A stretch of DNA of 64,000 nt, taken from positions 1,958 to 65,957 of the forward strand of contig CBFFRP010000029.1 of assembly GCA_965644295.1 (NCBI GenBank). Direction: 5' to 3'. This DNA comes from Paraphysomonas bandaiensis (taxonomy: Eukaryota; Protista; Chrysophyceae). Position numbers and translations under genes: made by a program. Shown piece after piece: positions 63,019 through 64,000 of this stretch (within the stretch, counting starts at the first letter, position 1; every line of letters begins with the position of its first letter). The notes below the pieces were generated by a model. That model saw only the letters and a list, made by a program, of their open reading frames with translations, was not told the origin of the DNA and ran no database searches.

Positions 63019-64000
63019 TATGACGTAACCCGGTTTGATAACCAGAATCACGGCTCGCAGTACAGGTATAGCACACAAACACGCAAGTGTGAAAACAATG
63101 TATAATTAATTATGTTTTGACTGCTCTAGGAAAAACCTAATGCTCAGTAAATGATACCCGCCAGAGTATCACCACGCAAGGTAACACCGCCAGTGCAACA
63201 AGATCGTTGGCACCAAGCACTTCGGTTAAGCCTAAACAAGTGCATAACACCATAGCATACATGTTACACCCACTCCTACTCCTCAACAACATCACAACAC
63301 CCTGCAACGTCATCACTACCCACAGAAACGTGTTTATTCTATAAACTGAATACACACAGCAACCTAGGAGCAACGTATAACCGCATACTAATAGTACACT
63401 ACATCCTACGTTTTACTTTCTACCTAAATTCCCTTACAAAAACAGTATACCGCCACTTTGGTGTATTTTAGCATTCAAGAACCCAAAATCCCTAATATCC
63501 AGGTTATACGTATATACAACCCTGCATACCAGGTATTGCACGTCACAATTGATTCCCCACTGAGTCTGGTATGAACACTCGTGCACCTCGAGTATATAAT
63601 ATCCATTCTCCCTTGATGTGATATATATGTACTTGCCCCCCTATAGGGTAGTATGGGTAATGCCAGTACGTATTCCTATGGAAGTATACACTGCAACTGC
63701 TACACTGGAATACTGACCCACATAACTTTATTATAAATTTGTGGCAGGTTTCACATTGCGTGAAGTCACCATCAGCAGATCATAGTGTACATCATCATCG
63801 GCAGATAAAGTGGACATCACACCTGAACGTTGATTCCGTGTGTAGGTACATCATAGCTCATTACCCCATCTTAATGAGTATAACATAGAATATGCATCCT
63901 AGACATGGTATAGGGTCCTGATGATATAATGTTCTTGATATAGGGTCCTAAACTAATATCACAGGGTCCTGAATGGGCAATGCATGCAGTTCTGGTACTA
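63019..64000 (-). repeat. 5' LTR, cut by the window end
   Basis: Direct repeat of 55650 onward, with 13 substitutions and 3 indels by manual count. Confidence 0.93.

Larger units (their letters stand above)
55650..64000 (-). mobile_element. Ty3/Gypsy LTR retrotransposon with chromodomain-like integrase tail, near intact
   Basis: Two ~1-kb LTRs about 98% identical; polypurine tract next to the 3' LTR; gag followed by PR-RT-RH-IN order. Confidence 0.95.

Overview
Compact eukaryotic genomic DNA with short GT-AG introns (~50-130 bp). CCDC61/VFL3 and a BART-domain gene point to a flagellated protist; a stramenopile is my inference, not proven. About 16 host genes are present, many as head-to-head pairs: an AUX1/LAX-like permease (open to the left edge, absent from the ORF track), a PDI-like protein, a full-size ABCG transporter, MTA/SAH nucleosidase, a giant prominin/Tweety-like 5-TM protein, a zinc-finger protein, a secreted C45 Ntn-hydrolase, a class 3 lipase, a DUF389 protein, CCDC61, an F-box/RanBP2-finger protein, an HSPA14-like Hsp70, two secreted Cys-rich proteins, a BART protein and an NLS-bearing orphan. 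Transposon relics are scattered between them: Copia fragments and LTRs, hAT and foldback MITEs, a Harbinger remnant, and a poly(A)-less retroposon family with 12-18 bp TSDs. A Crinkler-like NTPase+nuclease pseudogene is also present. The right end holds a young, near-intact Ty3/Gypsy element nested in a Copia relic. It is unusual in four ways: gag and pol are in frame and separated by one UGA, the RT motif reads IFDN instead of YxDD, Gag carries a CCCH finger, and there is no tRNA-type primer binding site. All family calls come from motif recognition by eye; no database search was run.
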